Shown one piece after another: positions 39,685-48,278 of a DNA stretch of 64,000 nt. The notes beneath the pieces are model-generated. The model was not told where the DNA came from. It did no database searches and saw only the letters and a list, made by a program, of their open reading frames with translations. The DNA comes from Candidatus Eiseniibacteriota bacterium (GTDB lineage Bacteria > Eisenbacteria > RBG-16-71-46). Where the stretch lies: the NCBI GenBank assembly GCA_963717505.1, contig OY970342.1:3392001-3456000 (forward strand), written 5' to 3'. The position numbers and the translations under genes were made by a program. Each line of letters starts with the position of its first letter. The stretch's first letter is position 1.

Positions 39685-40215
39685 TCACGCAGGAACGTAG
39701 GTCAACCTGATCACATCCTCGCCAATCCGATCATTGGCCATGAGGCGGAGCGGTGGCCGGGATCCGGCGAAATAGGGCTTGCCGTGACCCAGCACGACGG
39801 GGTGCAGGTAGATTCGATACTCATCGATCAGGCCAAGTTCGGTGAGGCTTTGGGCCAAGGCCGGGCCAGCAACTTCGATCTCCCCGTCGCGCTCGGCCTT
39901 CAGCTCGCGGATCGCGCCCTCGAGATCATCCCCAACAAGCCTGGCGTTGGGGCCGACCGACTTCAACGAGCGCGAGACGACCCATTTCGGCTGGTTCCGC
40001 CACGCCGCCGCGAAGGCGCGTTCCTCTGCATCCCATTCAGGATGATCGTCGTCCCAGTAACGCATGACCTCATACATCTGGCGACCGTACACACTGCCCG
40101 CCTGCCGCTGAGCCTCCTCGATGAAGTGGCGGAAGAGCGTGGGGCTTGGCGCAAACGCCATATGGTCGACGTAGCCGTCCAGGGACTGGTTCATTCCAAA
40201 CACGAGCTTAGCCAT
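39685..40215 (-). CDS. Dihydrofolate reductase-like (RibD C-terminal) protein
   Basis: MAKLVFGMNQSLDGYV, YGRQMYE, HPVVLGHGKPYF. Confidence 0.9.
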   Translation of the reverse strand: MAKLVFGMNQSLDGYVDHMAFAPSPTLFRHFIEEAQRQAGSVYGRQMYEVMRYWDDDHPEWDAEERAFAAAWRNQPKWVVSRSLKSVGPNARLVGDDLEGAIRELKAERDGEIEVAGPALAQSLTELGLIDEYRIYLHPVVLGHGKPYFAGSRPPLRLMANDRIGEDVIRLTYVPA

Positions 40216-40362
40216 ACCCACTTCCTTTCCTTACGCGGTACATCCACGCGGCGATTCTAGCGCACGCGAATCGATCGTCTACCGGTTTCTGAAGGTTCTC
40301 GGGAGCAGGTAAGCTGCCCGGGCAATTGGAGCGATCGCCACACTCGTTGGGAGAGACGAACC

Positions 40363-40650
40363 GTGACCAATCCAGAGCCAAACGGACTCTCTAACGGGGA
40401 CACTTCCCGCGATGCGCTCCGAGCGCAGTTCGCCTCGCTGCGCCGCATCACACCCGCCCAGCGATTGGCGTTGATGGATGACCTCACATCGCTGGTTCGA
40501 TCGATGACACGGGAGGGCGTGAGGCGCCGTCACCCGGGACTTTCAGAAGCTGAAATCGACGCGCGGTTCTTTGAGATCGTCCTCGGCCGGGAGCTCGCTG
40601 CAAAGGTGCTGGAACACCGTCGGGCTCGCCTCGCCCGTCTGGAACCGTGA
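40363..40650 (+). CDS. Small helical protein, putative antitoxin or partner
   Basis: DTSRDA..Q...LRRITPAQRL...GVRRRHPG; GTGA-coupled to the nucleotidyltransferase. Confidence 0.7.
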   Translation: MTNPEPNGLSNGDTSRDALRAQFASLRRITPAQRLALMDDLTSLVRSMTREGVRRRHPGLSEAEIDARFFEIVLGRELAAKVLEHRRARLARLEP

Positions 40651-41225
40651 CCCAACCAACCGAATTCCTGGTCTACATCGCCCAACTCCTCGAGCGCCTG
40701 GGCATTCCCTACCACGTGGGCGGATCGGTTGCGAGCTCGGCTCACGGCATGTACCGCGCATCGGCGGACATCGACTTCGTCATCGACCCCACCCGCGATC
40801 AGCTGGAGGCGCTGGCCAGCGCACTCGAGCCAGAGTTCTACGTCAGTCGTTCAGCGTTTGCAGAAGCGCTCTCCCAACGGAGCACGTTCAACGCCATTCA
40901 TGACGAGACATCCTTCAAGATCGACTTCTTCATCAAGGGTGCATCTCCGTTCGATTCCGAGGAGCTACGTCGTTCCATCAGGCAAGCGGTAGGCAACCAA
41001 CCAGGGCACGCGGTGCTTCTCAAGAGTCCCGAGGACACGGTCCTGCGCAAGCTCGACTGGTTTCGGCGTGGGGGCGAGGTGTCGGAGCGCCAGTGGCAGG
41101 ATGTGCTCTCGATCCTTGTGGCTGCTCGCGAGCAACTCGACGGGCAATACCTCGAGCGCTGGTCGCGTGAGCTGGGCGTTGCCGACCTGCTCGACCGAGC
41201 CCGTAAGGAAGTGGCGGACTTGTGA
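40647..41225 (+). CDS. Pol-beta-superfamily nucleotidyltransferase-like protein
   Basis: VGGSVAS..HG..RASADIDFV, KIDFF, SPEDTVLRKL, RQWQD. Confidence 0.8.
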   Translation: MTQPTEFLVYIAQLLERLGIPYHVGGSVASSAHGMYRASADIDFVIDPTRDQLEALASALEPEFYVSRSAFAEALSQRSTFNAIHDETSFKIDFFIKGASPFDSEELRRSIRQAVGNQPGHAVLLKSPEDTVLRKLDWFRRGGEVSERQWQDVLSILVAAREQLDGQYLERWSRELGVADLLDRARKEVADL

Positions 41226-41244
41226 GCGTTGGACGGCTCGCCAT

Positions 41245-42252
41245 TCATTCGGGCGGTCGAGTTCCTCTCCGACCCACCTGTTGCACCCTCGCCGCCTCCC
41301 GCTCGATCAACTCATCCGTCACGCGCGCGTAGCGCATCGTGGTGCTGAGGTCCCGATGCCCGAGGATCTGCTGGAGCACCGCGAGATTTCCGCCCGCCTC
41401 GAGCCAGCGCATGGCGAACGTGTGCCGGCAACGATGCACGTGGAAATCCGGGATGCCGGTGTAACGGCGAACCGTGCGCGAGAACGATCCCGGGCTCCCG
41501 GCGGCGAACGGCACGAGCCGATGGTCGATCTCAACAATCTCCGCGAGTAGCTCTGGGCTCAGTGGCACACGACGTATCCTTCCCGACTTGGTGTTGCCGA
41601 CCTCGAGCAGTACGCCTCGAACGTCGGCACGCGTAGCACGGCAGGCTTCGGCCCAACGCAGGCCGGTTCCCAGCAAGAACCTGAGAACGAATCCGCCGAG
41701 CCCGGGGAACGCAACCAGCGTCGCAACCTCGCGGTCGTTGAAGCCGCGCGGTGCGACCTCGGAGATCCTGGGCATGACGCGGTCGGGAAAGGGGGAGCGC
41801 TCGATCAGTCCGGCGCTCACCGCCCAGCGCAGGAAGCAGCGCAGGTCGCTCAGCACGTGCGTCACGGTGTACGGGCTCAACCGCCAATGATCTTCGAGCA
41901 TCAACCGGAACTCACGGATGTGCTCGCCATTCAGCTCTCGGAGCGTGGTCGGAGGGAGCCAGCCGAGCACGTAGGTGTCGAATCGACTCCGGGCGAGCCG
42001 CTGGCCCTTGGGGTTCCTCGTGGTCGCCACGTACGAGGCGAGCCAGCGGTAGCCGGCTTCGAGCAACGTCGGCCCCGATTCCCGGTCGAGCTCGGTCGAA
42101 ACAGGAGGGGGCAGAAACAACTGCCTGTGCCTTCTGCACCTGTCGCTCGTGGCGTCACCCCTGGGAACAAAGTAGGCGGGGGGGCAGTGCAATTCCGGCC
42201 GGGATCTGGCTCTGGCTGCACCGGACCCAGCTCCATGCACGGGTCGCACCAC
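41245..42252 (-). CDS. Tyrosine recombinase/integrase (start uncertain)
   Basis: Full catalytic set: TGLR, TKSG, HRCRH, LGH, TMRY. Confidence 0.9.
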   Translation of the reverse strand: MVRPVHGAGSGAARARSRPELHCPPAYFVPRGDATSDRCRRHRQLFLPPPVSTELDRESGPTLLEAGYRWLASYVATTRNPKGQRLARSRFDTYVLGWLPPTTLRELNGEHIREFRLMLEDHWRLSPYTVTHVLSDLRCFLRWAVSAGLIERSPFPDRVMPRISEVAPRGFNDREVATLVAFPGLGGFVLRFLLGTGLRWAEACRATRADVRGVLLEVGNTKSGRIRRVPLSPELLAEIVEIDHRLVPFAAGSPGSFSRTVRRYTGIPDFHVHRCRHTFAMRWLEAGGNLAVLQQILGHRDLSTTMRYARVTDELIEREAARVQQVGRRGTRPPE

Positions 42253-42290
42253 GAGGGCACGCGAGCTTCTTCGACGCGGGAGGGATCGTT

Positions 42291-44708
42291 CTACAACAAC
42301 ACGATTCTGGCGATCGCCCGCTCGTCTCCGACTCGAAGTTCGAGGAAATACACTCCCGGCGCGATCCGCGCGCTGCGATCGGCACGGGACCAGCGCAGCG
42401 CTCGTGAGCCCACCTCCAGCCTGGCATTCAGCAGCTCGCCGACCTTGCGCCCGCCCAGGTCGAAGACGCGAAGCGCTGCCTGGCCAGCGTGGGTGAGCAC
42501 CAGCTCCACGGTGACGTCACCCACCGCGGGCGAGGGGCGCGCGCGGAGCGCGAGGCTCGACGCGCGCAATGGTTCCGGCTTCACACCGGTCCACGACGCG
42601 CTGCCCCGGTTCAGCAACACCGACGCCGACGCCGCGTCGGTGTTCGCGGTCACCAGGTCGGGCATGCCGTCGCCGTTCACATCGCCGACGGCGATGGAAG
42701 CAGGCCGCAGTCCGGTTCCGTAGTCCCGCTTCGGGCTCAGCGTGCCGTCGCCATTTCCAATCAGCACGGCAACGGTGGAGCCTCCTGCCACCGCGACGTC
42801 GGTGGCCCCGTCGCCATCCAGGTCCGCGACCGTCACGCTGCCCGAGCCGGCAGGATAGGATGCGGGTGGCCCGAACGTGCCATCACCGTTGCCCGGAAGC
42901 ACCTTCAGGGTCTGGTTGGACTCCGTCACGAGGAGGTCGGGGTTCTCGTCGTCGTTCAGATCGACGATCGCGATCCCGAGCCGGCCACCGACCGCAAGGT
43001 CGGTGCGCGGTTGCAGCGTGCCGTCGCCGTTGCCGAGCAGCACCGACACCGACGTCGACTTGCCGTTGGTCACGGCGACGTCGACATGACCGTCGCGGTT
43101 CAGATCGCCCACCGCGACTGCGTTCGGGTGGTCGCCAACCGCGTAGTCGGTGGACGCGCCGAACGTGCCATCGCCGACTCCGAGCAGCACCGAAACCTGA
43201 TCGAGCGTGTCGGCCACGGCCACGTCGAGCTCGCCGTCCTCGTCGAGGTCGGCGATCGCGATCGAGGTCGGTCCGGTTCCGGTCGCGAACGACATTGCGG
43301 GTCCGAAGCCACCGGTACCCAGGCCGCGCAGGACCGAGATCGTATTGCCGGCCAGGTTCGCGAGCACCAGGTCCAGGGCGCCATCGCCGTCGAGATCGTG
43401 AAGGAGCAGGGCATTCGGCTGGTTGCCCGCGACGTGGTCCTGCCCCGGGCCGAAGCCGCCGTTGCCGTCGCCGAACCGGATCGTGACCCCGGGCAATCCG
43501 TGACTCGCCACCGCGAGGTCGAGCGCGCCGTCGCCGTCGACGTCGCCGAGCGCAACCGCCGTGGGCGAGGACGGTGTCGCGACCGAGTGGTCCACGCCGA
43601 ACGAGCCGTTGCCGAGACCCGGCCGCAGCCACACGGCGTGCGCGTTGACGATCGCCAGGTCGAGATGGCCATCGTTGTCGAAATCCGCCACCCCGAGCCC
43701 GTACGGGCCGCTCGCGCCGTAGGTCCGATGAAGAACGAATGTCCCATCACCGAGTCCCCGGAGCACCGTGTTCGTGTTCGAGCGCGGGTTGCCGGTGACG
43801 AGGTCCAGCGTCCCGTCCTCGTCGACGTCGGCTGCGACGACGACCAGGGGGCCGCTGGCGGTCTTCACCTCGATCGGCGTCCCGAACGTTCCGTCGCCCA
43901 GCCCCAGGAAGACGGACACCGTCGAGCACGGGTGACAGCTGTTGCCCGCGGCGAGGTCGACGTCGCCGTCGACGTCGAAGTCTGCGGCCACGACGGTCTG
44001 GGACGCATAGCCGATCGGGTAGTCGGTGCGGGGCTGGAACGTGCCGTCGCCGTTTCCGAGCAGCACTGCCATGCTGAACTGGCCGCTGTTCGTGGCGGCA
44101 ACGTCGAGGGCGCCATCGTGGTTGAAGTCCGCGACCGCGAGCCCGTGCGGGTTGCTGCCGGTGGCGCCCTGGGTAATGGCTCCCAGCGTGCCGTCGCCGT
44201 TTCCGTGCAGGACCTGGACGGTGTTGTTGCCGCCGGTGGTCACGATCACGTCGGGCGTGTCATCGCCGTCCATGTCGGCGATCGCGATCGCCTGCGGGAA
44301 GGTGGCGACGGCGTACGACGTCGCGGGGCCGAACGTGCCGTCACCCAGACCGAGCCGCACGGAAACGGAGGCACCGGTCCAGTCGGCCGAAACGATGTCG
44401 GGCACGGTGTCGCCGTCGAGGTCCCCGAGACCGAGGGCACGCGGTCGCGAGCCCATCAGGTACACGACGCGCGGCGCGAACGTGCCGTCGCCGTTCGAGA
44501 GCAGGACTTCGACGCCACCGAACTCGGTGCCGATGACGAGATCCGGGTCACCGTCGGCGTCGAGGTCCGAGGTCGCTCCGAAGGTGCCATCGCCAGTATC
44601 GAAGGAGAGGAAGGGCGCTGCGAACCGCGTGTCGGCCAGCGCGGCCTGGAAGCAAACGGCCAGGAGGATGACCGACGCGAGCAGCGACGCTGTGCGAGTG
44701 CGGTCCAT
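42291..44708 (-). CDS. Secreted FG-GAP repeat protein with T9SS-A/FlgD-like CTD
   Basis: Signal peptide, 14 DxDxDGxxD repeats, CTD PSP..VFDLGGR..PGVYFLEL. Confidence 0.92.
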   Translation of the reverse strand: MDRTRTASLLASVILLAVCFQAALADTRFAAPFLSFDTGDGTFGATSDLDADGDPDLVIGTEFGGVEVLLSNGDGTFAPRVVYLMGSRPRALGLGDLDGDTVPDIVSADWTGASVSVRLGLGDGTFGPATSYAVATFPQAIAIADMDGDDTPDVIVTTGGNNTVQVLHGNGDGTLGAITQGATGSNPHGLAVADFNHDGALDVAATNSGQFSMAVLLGNGDGTFQPRTDYPIGYASQTVVAADFDVDGDVDLAAGNSCHPCSTVSVFLGLGDGTFGTPIEVKTASGPLVVVAADVDEDGTLDLVTGNPRSNTNTVLRGLGDGTFVLHRTYGASGPYGLGVADFDNDGHLDLAIVNAHAVWLRPGLGNGSFGVDHSVATPSSPTAVALGDVDGDGALDLAVASHGLPGVTIRFGDGNGGFGPGQDHVAGNQPNALLLHDLDGDGALDLVLANLAGNTISVLRGLGTGGFGPAMSFATGTGPTSIAIADLDEDGELDVAVADTLDQVSVLLGVGDGTFGASTDYAVGDHPNAVAVGDLNRDGHVDVAVTNGKSTSVSVLLGNGDGTLQPRTDLAVGGRLGIAIVDLNDDENPDLLVTESNQTLKVLPGNGDGTFGPPASYPAGSGSVTVADLDGDGATDVAVAGGSTVAVLIGNGDGTLSPKRDYGTGLRPASIAVGDVNGDGMPDLVTANTDAASASVLLNRGSASWTGVKPEPLRASSLALRARPSPAVGDVTVELVLTHAGQAALRVFDLGGRKVGELLNARLEVGSRALRWSRADRSARIAPGVYFLELRVGDERAIARIVLL

Positions 44709-44812
44709 GGAGGTGAGTATAGCGCGCTTGCCGGGTGTTTTGACTCACCCGGGGTCACCACCAATCGTGCTAGCTTTGGCAGCCCTGGAAACCATGCCTC
44801 ATGGAGGAGCTC

Positions 44813-45520
44813 ATGTCTGAACCGAGAGAGATGAAGACCATCGCAGTGCTGGGTGGGGTTGGACCGCAAGCCACCATGGACTTCGAGGCACGCGTCCACC
44901 GCGAATCGCAGCGGAGGATTCCCGCGATGAACTTCTCGGGGTATCCACCCATGGTGGTCCACTACTATCGTCGTGCTCCCTTCCTTCTCGATGAACAAGG
45001 CACGCCGATCCAGCCGCTGAAAGTCGATCCCGAGTTCCTGCGCGCCGCCGCACGCCTCAGCGGGTCCGGCGATTTTCTGGTCATCCCTTCGAACGCCACG
45101 CATCTCTTCGAGGCCGAGATCGAACGGGCATCAGGACTGGAGGTGCTGAGCATCATCGAGGTGACGCTTGCCGAGGTCCAGAATCGAGGTTGGAAGAAGA
45201 TCGGCGTTCTCGGATTTGGCGAGCCGACGGTCTACACCAATCGACTGACGGCGATGCGCATGGACTTCGAGATCCTCGATCCTGAGCTTCGCCCAGGTCT
45301 GGACGCGGCCATCTTCAGGCTCATCGAGGGGCGCGAGGACGACAGCTCACGCCGCGCGGCCAAGGAAGCGGTCGCAGCACTCCGCGGACGCGGGGTCGAC
45401 GGGATCATCCTCGGGTGCAGCGAGATCCCGCTCCTCCTGGGGGCGGACGCCGAGGCCCCGGACCTGGTCAATCCCGTCGAGCGGCTGGCCAAGGCCGCGG
45501 TGTCGCGAGCGCTCGAATAG
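44813..45520 (+). CDS. Aspartate/glutamate racemase family protein
   Basis: IAVLGGVGPQAT, PSNATH, ILGCSEIP; GGAGG RBS. Confidence 0.87.
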   Translation: MSEPREMKTIAVLGGVGPQATMDFEARVHRESQRRIPAMNFSGYPPMVVHYYRRAPFLLDEQGTPIQPLKVDPEFLRAAARLSGSGDFLVIPSNATHLFEAEIERASGLEVLSIIEVTLAEVQNRGWKKIGVLGFGEPTVYTNRLTAMRMDFEILDPELRPGLDAAIFRLIEGREDDSSRRAAKEAVAALRGRGVDGIILGCSEIPLLLGADAEAPDLVNPVERLAKAAVSRALE

Positions 45521-45612
45521 CTGACCCCGCAAGCATCTGGCCATCGGGCGACCATGGACTCCGCGAAATCCCCCGGACCTAGATCTTCATTGATCCGCCC
45601 AAGAAACATCTC

Positions 45613-45663
45613 TTGACAGCCGCCCCGCAATGCTGAAATATCAGCACTGCTGAAATTACAGCA
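45613..45663 (+). promoter_or_regulatory. Promoter with tandem BlaI-type operators
   Basis: TTGACA at 45613; TGCTGAAATATCAGCA (45631-45646) and TGCTGAAATTACAGCA (45648-45663). Confidence 0.8.
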
Positions 45664-45712
45664 GGCCCAAAGCACTCGAACTCTGTTCCGCAACCCGCGA
45701 GGACCCGCCCAC

Positions 45713-46114
45713 ATGCGCAAGCGCCCCGTCACCGAAGACCTCAGTCGCCGCGAGCGCCAGGTCATGGAGATCCTCCATCGCAAGGGGGAATCCACCGTCG
45801 CCGAGATCATGCAGGCGCTGCCCGACCCGCCGACCTATTCGGCGGTCCGATCGATCCTCCGCATCCTGGGAGGGAAGGGGATGGTGAGTCACCGCGAAGA
45901 CGGTCCACGCTACGTTTACGCGCCAGCCCGCCCGACCGACAAGGCGCGTGACGACGTCCTGGCGCACGTCGTCCAGACCTATTTCTCGGGCTCGGTCGAG
46001 CACACGGTGAATGCGCTCTTGCTCTTGTCCGACACGAAACTCAACGACACGGACCTCAACCGGCTGCGCGACCGGATTCGGCGCGCCCGCCAGAGCGAAG
46101 GGGACCGGACATGA
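45713..46114 (+). CDS. BlaI/MecI/CopY-family repressor
   Basis: LSRRERQVMEIL...TYSAVRSILRIL..KG...YVYAP. Confidence 0.92.
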   Translation: MRKRPVTEDLSRRERQVMEILHRKGESTVAEIMQALPDPPTYSAVRSILRILGGKGMVSHREDGPRYVYAPARPTDKARDDVLAHVVQTYFSGSVEHTVNALLLLSDTKLNDTDLNRLRDRIRRARQSEGDRT

Positions 46115-48156
46115 TTCTCGGGATCTTCGATCCACTTGCGAGCCCTGCGACTGCAGCCGCGTTGGCCGCAGCGCTCACGCTGATCAAGATGACGCTCGTC
46201 CTGCTGGCGGCGCTCGCCGTCACACTCGCGATGCGTCGAGCGCCGGCGGGTGCTCGTCATCTGGTCTGGCTGGTGGCGCTGGCCACCATGCTCCTGATTC
46301 CGGTCGTGTCGGCCTGGGGGCCGGTCTCGTTGCCGGTGCTGCCCCAGGTCGCGAGCAAGACGTTGGGGTCGCCGGTCGCCACTGCATCGCTGTCGACTCC
46401 GACACCTGCGCAAGCGCCTACGCCACCAGTCCTGGCCGCGTCGAGCACAACGTCGCCGGGTCCGGCGAGCACGCCGGCCGCCGCCCCTCGTTCCTTCAGC
46501 GTCGGCGCGCTGATGCTGGCGATTTGGGCGTTGGGCATCCTCATCCTGCTCGGCAAGCTGGCGCTCGGCGCGTGGTCGGTTCGACGCATCGTCCGTGGGG
46601 CGCGTGTGCTCGACCGCACCGAGTGGCGGCAGCCGCTCTATGAGATCGCCGACCGCCTGGGGCTCCGTGATGCCCCCGAGTTGCTGCAGAGCGATCGCAT
46701 CACGATCCCGTTCGCCTCCGGGCTCTGGCGAAGCCGCATCGTGCTGCCGGTCGAGAGTCAGGAATGGAGCGAGGAGCGGCGGAGTGCTGTGCTCATGCAC
46801 GAGCTGGGTCACGTGCGCCGGCGCGATCTGGTCGGCCACACGCTGAGCCGGATCGTTTGCGCGCTCTACTGGTTCCACCCACTGGTGTGGACCGCGGCGC
46901 AACGCCTGCGCGCCGAGAGCGAGCGCGCGTGCGACGACCTGGCGCTCGGGCTGGGAGTGCGCCCGAGCGACTACGCCGAGCACCTGCTCGACATCGTGTC
47001 GGGAGTGCGCGATCGGCGCACGCCGGCGGTGGCGCTCGCGATGGCCAATCCGAACGAGTTCGAGGGGCGCATGCTGGCGATCCTCGATCCGCGCATCCCA
47101 CGCCGCGGACTCCGCCGCGCGCATGCGGCCTGGCTCGCCGGCACGCTGGCGGCACTGGCGCTGGTGGTCGGCGCCATGGCGCCCGTCCCGCGGACGACCG
47201 CGACGGCGGGGGAGTCCACACCCCCTGGTCCCGACGCCGTGCACGTCGCGCCGCAAGTCGTGTCGCGGGTCGAGCGCAAGTCGCAGAGCAAGACAACCGT
47301 CCGCCGCGAGACTCGCACCAAGAACTCGTCTGCTTTGGAGGAATCGACCGAGCCGATGGCGCCGATCGATGCCACGGAAGCGATTGCCATGGCTACCGCC
47401 GAAGACTCGGACACGAATGGCGACACCAAGGATCAGGACGGAAGCCGGAGGATCGCGGCTCTGGCCAAGGCGCTGCGGACGGATTCGAACGTCGAGGTCC
47501 GTCGAGTGGCCGCATGGGGCCTCGAGCGATTCGCCGAGTCCGATCAGGCGGCCGACCCGCTGGCGGCAGCGCTCGGAGCCGACGCTGCTGAGGAAGTGCG
47601 CGAGATGGCGGCCTGGGCGCTGTCGGAGAGCCGGGGGAACGCCGCGGCCATGGCAGCACTCCAGAAAGCATTCAAGAACGACAAGAGCCGGTCGGTGCGC
47701 CGCACCGCGGCTTGGGCGGCGGGGGAGATCGGTGATCGCTCGTCGGTCGCGGGGCTCATCAGTCTTCTGGCCGACACCGATGCCGACATCCGCGAAGTCG
47801 CGGCCTGGGCGATCGGCAGCTGCGAGCCCGAGAAGGCTCCGGCGGAGCTGGTTCGCCTGCTCTCGGACCCCAATCGCGACGTGCGGCTTTCGGTGGCCTG
47901 GGCGCTGAGCATGATCGAGGACCCGGAGACCGCCGACGAACTCGAGGCCGCGTTCAACCGCGAGAAGGACCCCGAGGTGCAGCAGGGTCTCATCCATGCG
48001 CTGGGCTCGATGGGGGATCGGGCAATCGACACCCTTACGCGACTCGTCGGCTCGTCCAATCCCGAGATCCGCGCCGTGGCGGTGGCCGCGCTGGCCGGCG
48101 GCAACGTGTCCGGACCCTGGCCATGGCCTCGGCCCGAGCCGCGCCCCTATCCCTAA
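46111..48156 (+). CDS. M56 (BlaR1-like) metallopeptidase with C-terminal HEAT repeats
   Basis: TM helices, HELGHVRRRD, YWFHPL, ERACDD; VRxxAAWAL repeats; tail PWPWPRPEPRPYP. Confidence 0.92.
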   Translation: MILGIFDPLASPATAAALAAALTLIKMTLVLLAALAVTLAMRRAPAGARHLVWLVALATMLLIPVVSAWGPVSLPVLPQVASKTLGSPVATASLSTPTPAQAPTPPVLAASSTTSPGPASTPAAAPRSFSVGALMLAIWALGILILLGKLALGAWSVRRIVRGARVLDRTEWRQPLYEIADRLGLRDAPELLQSDRITIPFASGLWRSRIVLPVESQEWSEERRSAVLMHELGHVRRRDLVGHTLSRIVCALYWFHPLVWTAAQRLRAESERACDDLALGLGVRPSDYAEHLLDIVSGVRDRRTPAVALAMANPNEFEGRMLAILDPRIPRRGLRRAHAAWLAGTLAALALVVGAMAPVPRTTATAGESTPPGPDAVHVAPQVVSRVERKSQSKTTVRRETRTKNSSALEESTEPMAPIDATEAIAMATAEDSDTNGDTKDQDGSRRIAALAKALRTDSNVEVRRVAAWGLERFAESDQAADPLAAALGADAAEEVREMAAWALSESRGNAAAMAALQKAFKNDKSRSVRRTAAWAAGEIGDRSSVAGLISLLADTDADIREVAAWAIGSCEPEKAPAELVRLLSDPNRDVRLSVAWALSMIEDPETADELEAAFNREKDPEVQQGLIHALGSMGDRAIDTLTRLVGSSNPEIRAVAVAALAGGNVSGPWPWPRPEPRPYP

Positions 48157-48228
48157 AGAGAAGAAATAGAGCAGCGATCAGGAAACCGACCCATGAATCC
48201 GTCGAGGAGAGTCTTGCGCTGCCCGGTC

Positions 48229-48246
48229 GTGCTGAAATATCAGCAC
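48229..48246 (+). promoter_or_regulatory. Third copy of the BlaI-type operator
   Basis: GTGCTGAAATATCAGCAC, with a 16-bp core identical to 45631-45646. Confidence 0.8.
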
Positions 48247-48278
48247 ATGGTCGCGGCGCCCAACGATCGGAGCCGATC

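Larger units (their letters stand above)
37439..42260. mobile_element. Degenerate tRNA-associated island (TA modules + tyrosine recombinase)
   Basis: Starts at the tRNA 3' end, holds several TA pairs and fragments, ends in an integrase; no 3' att repeat found. Confidence 0.5.
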
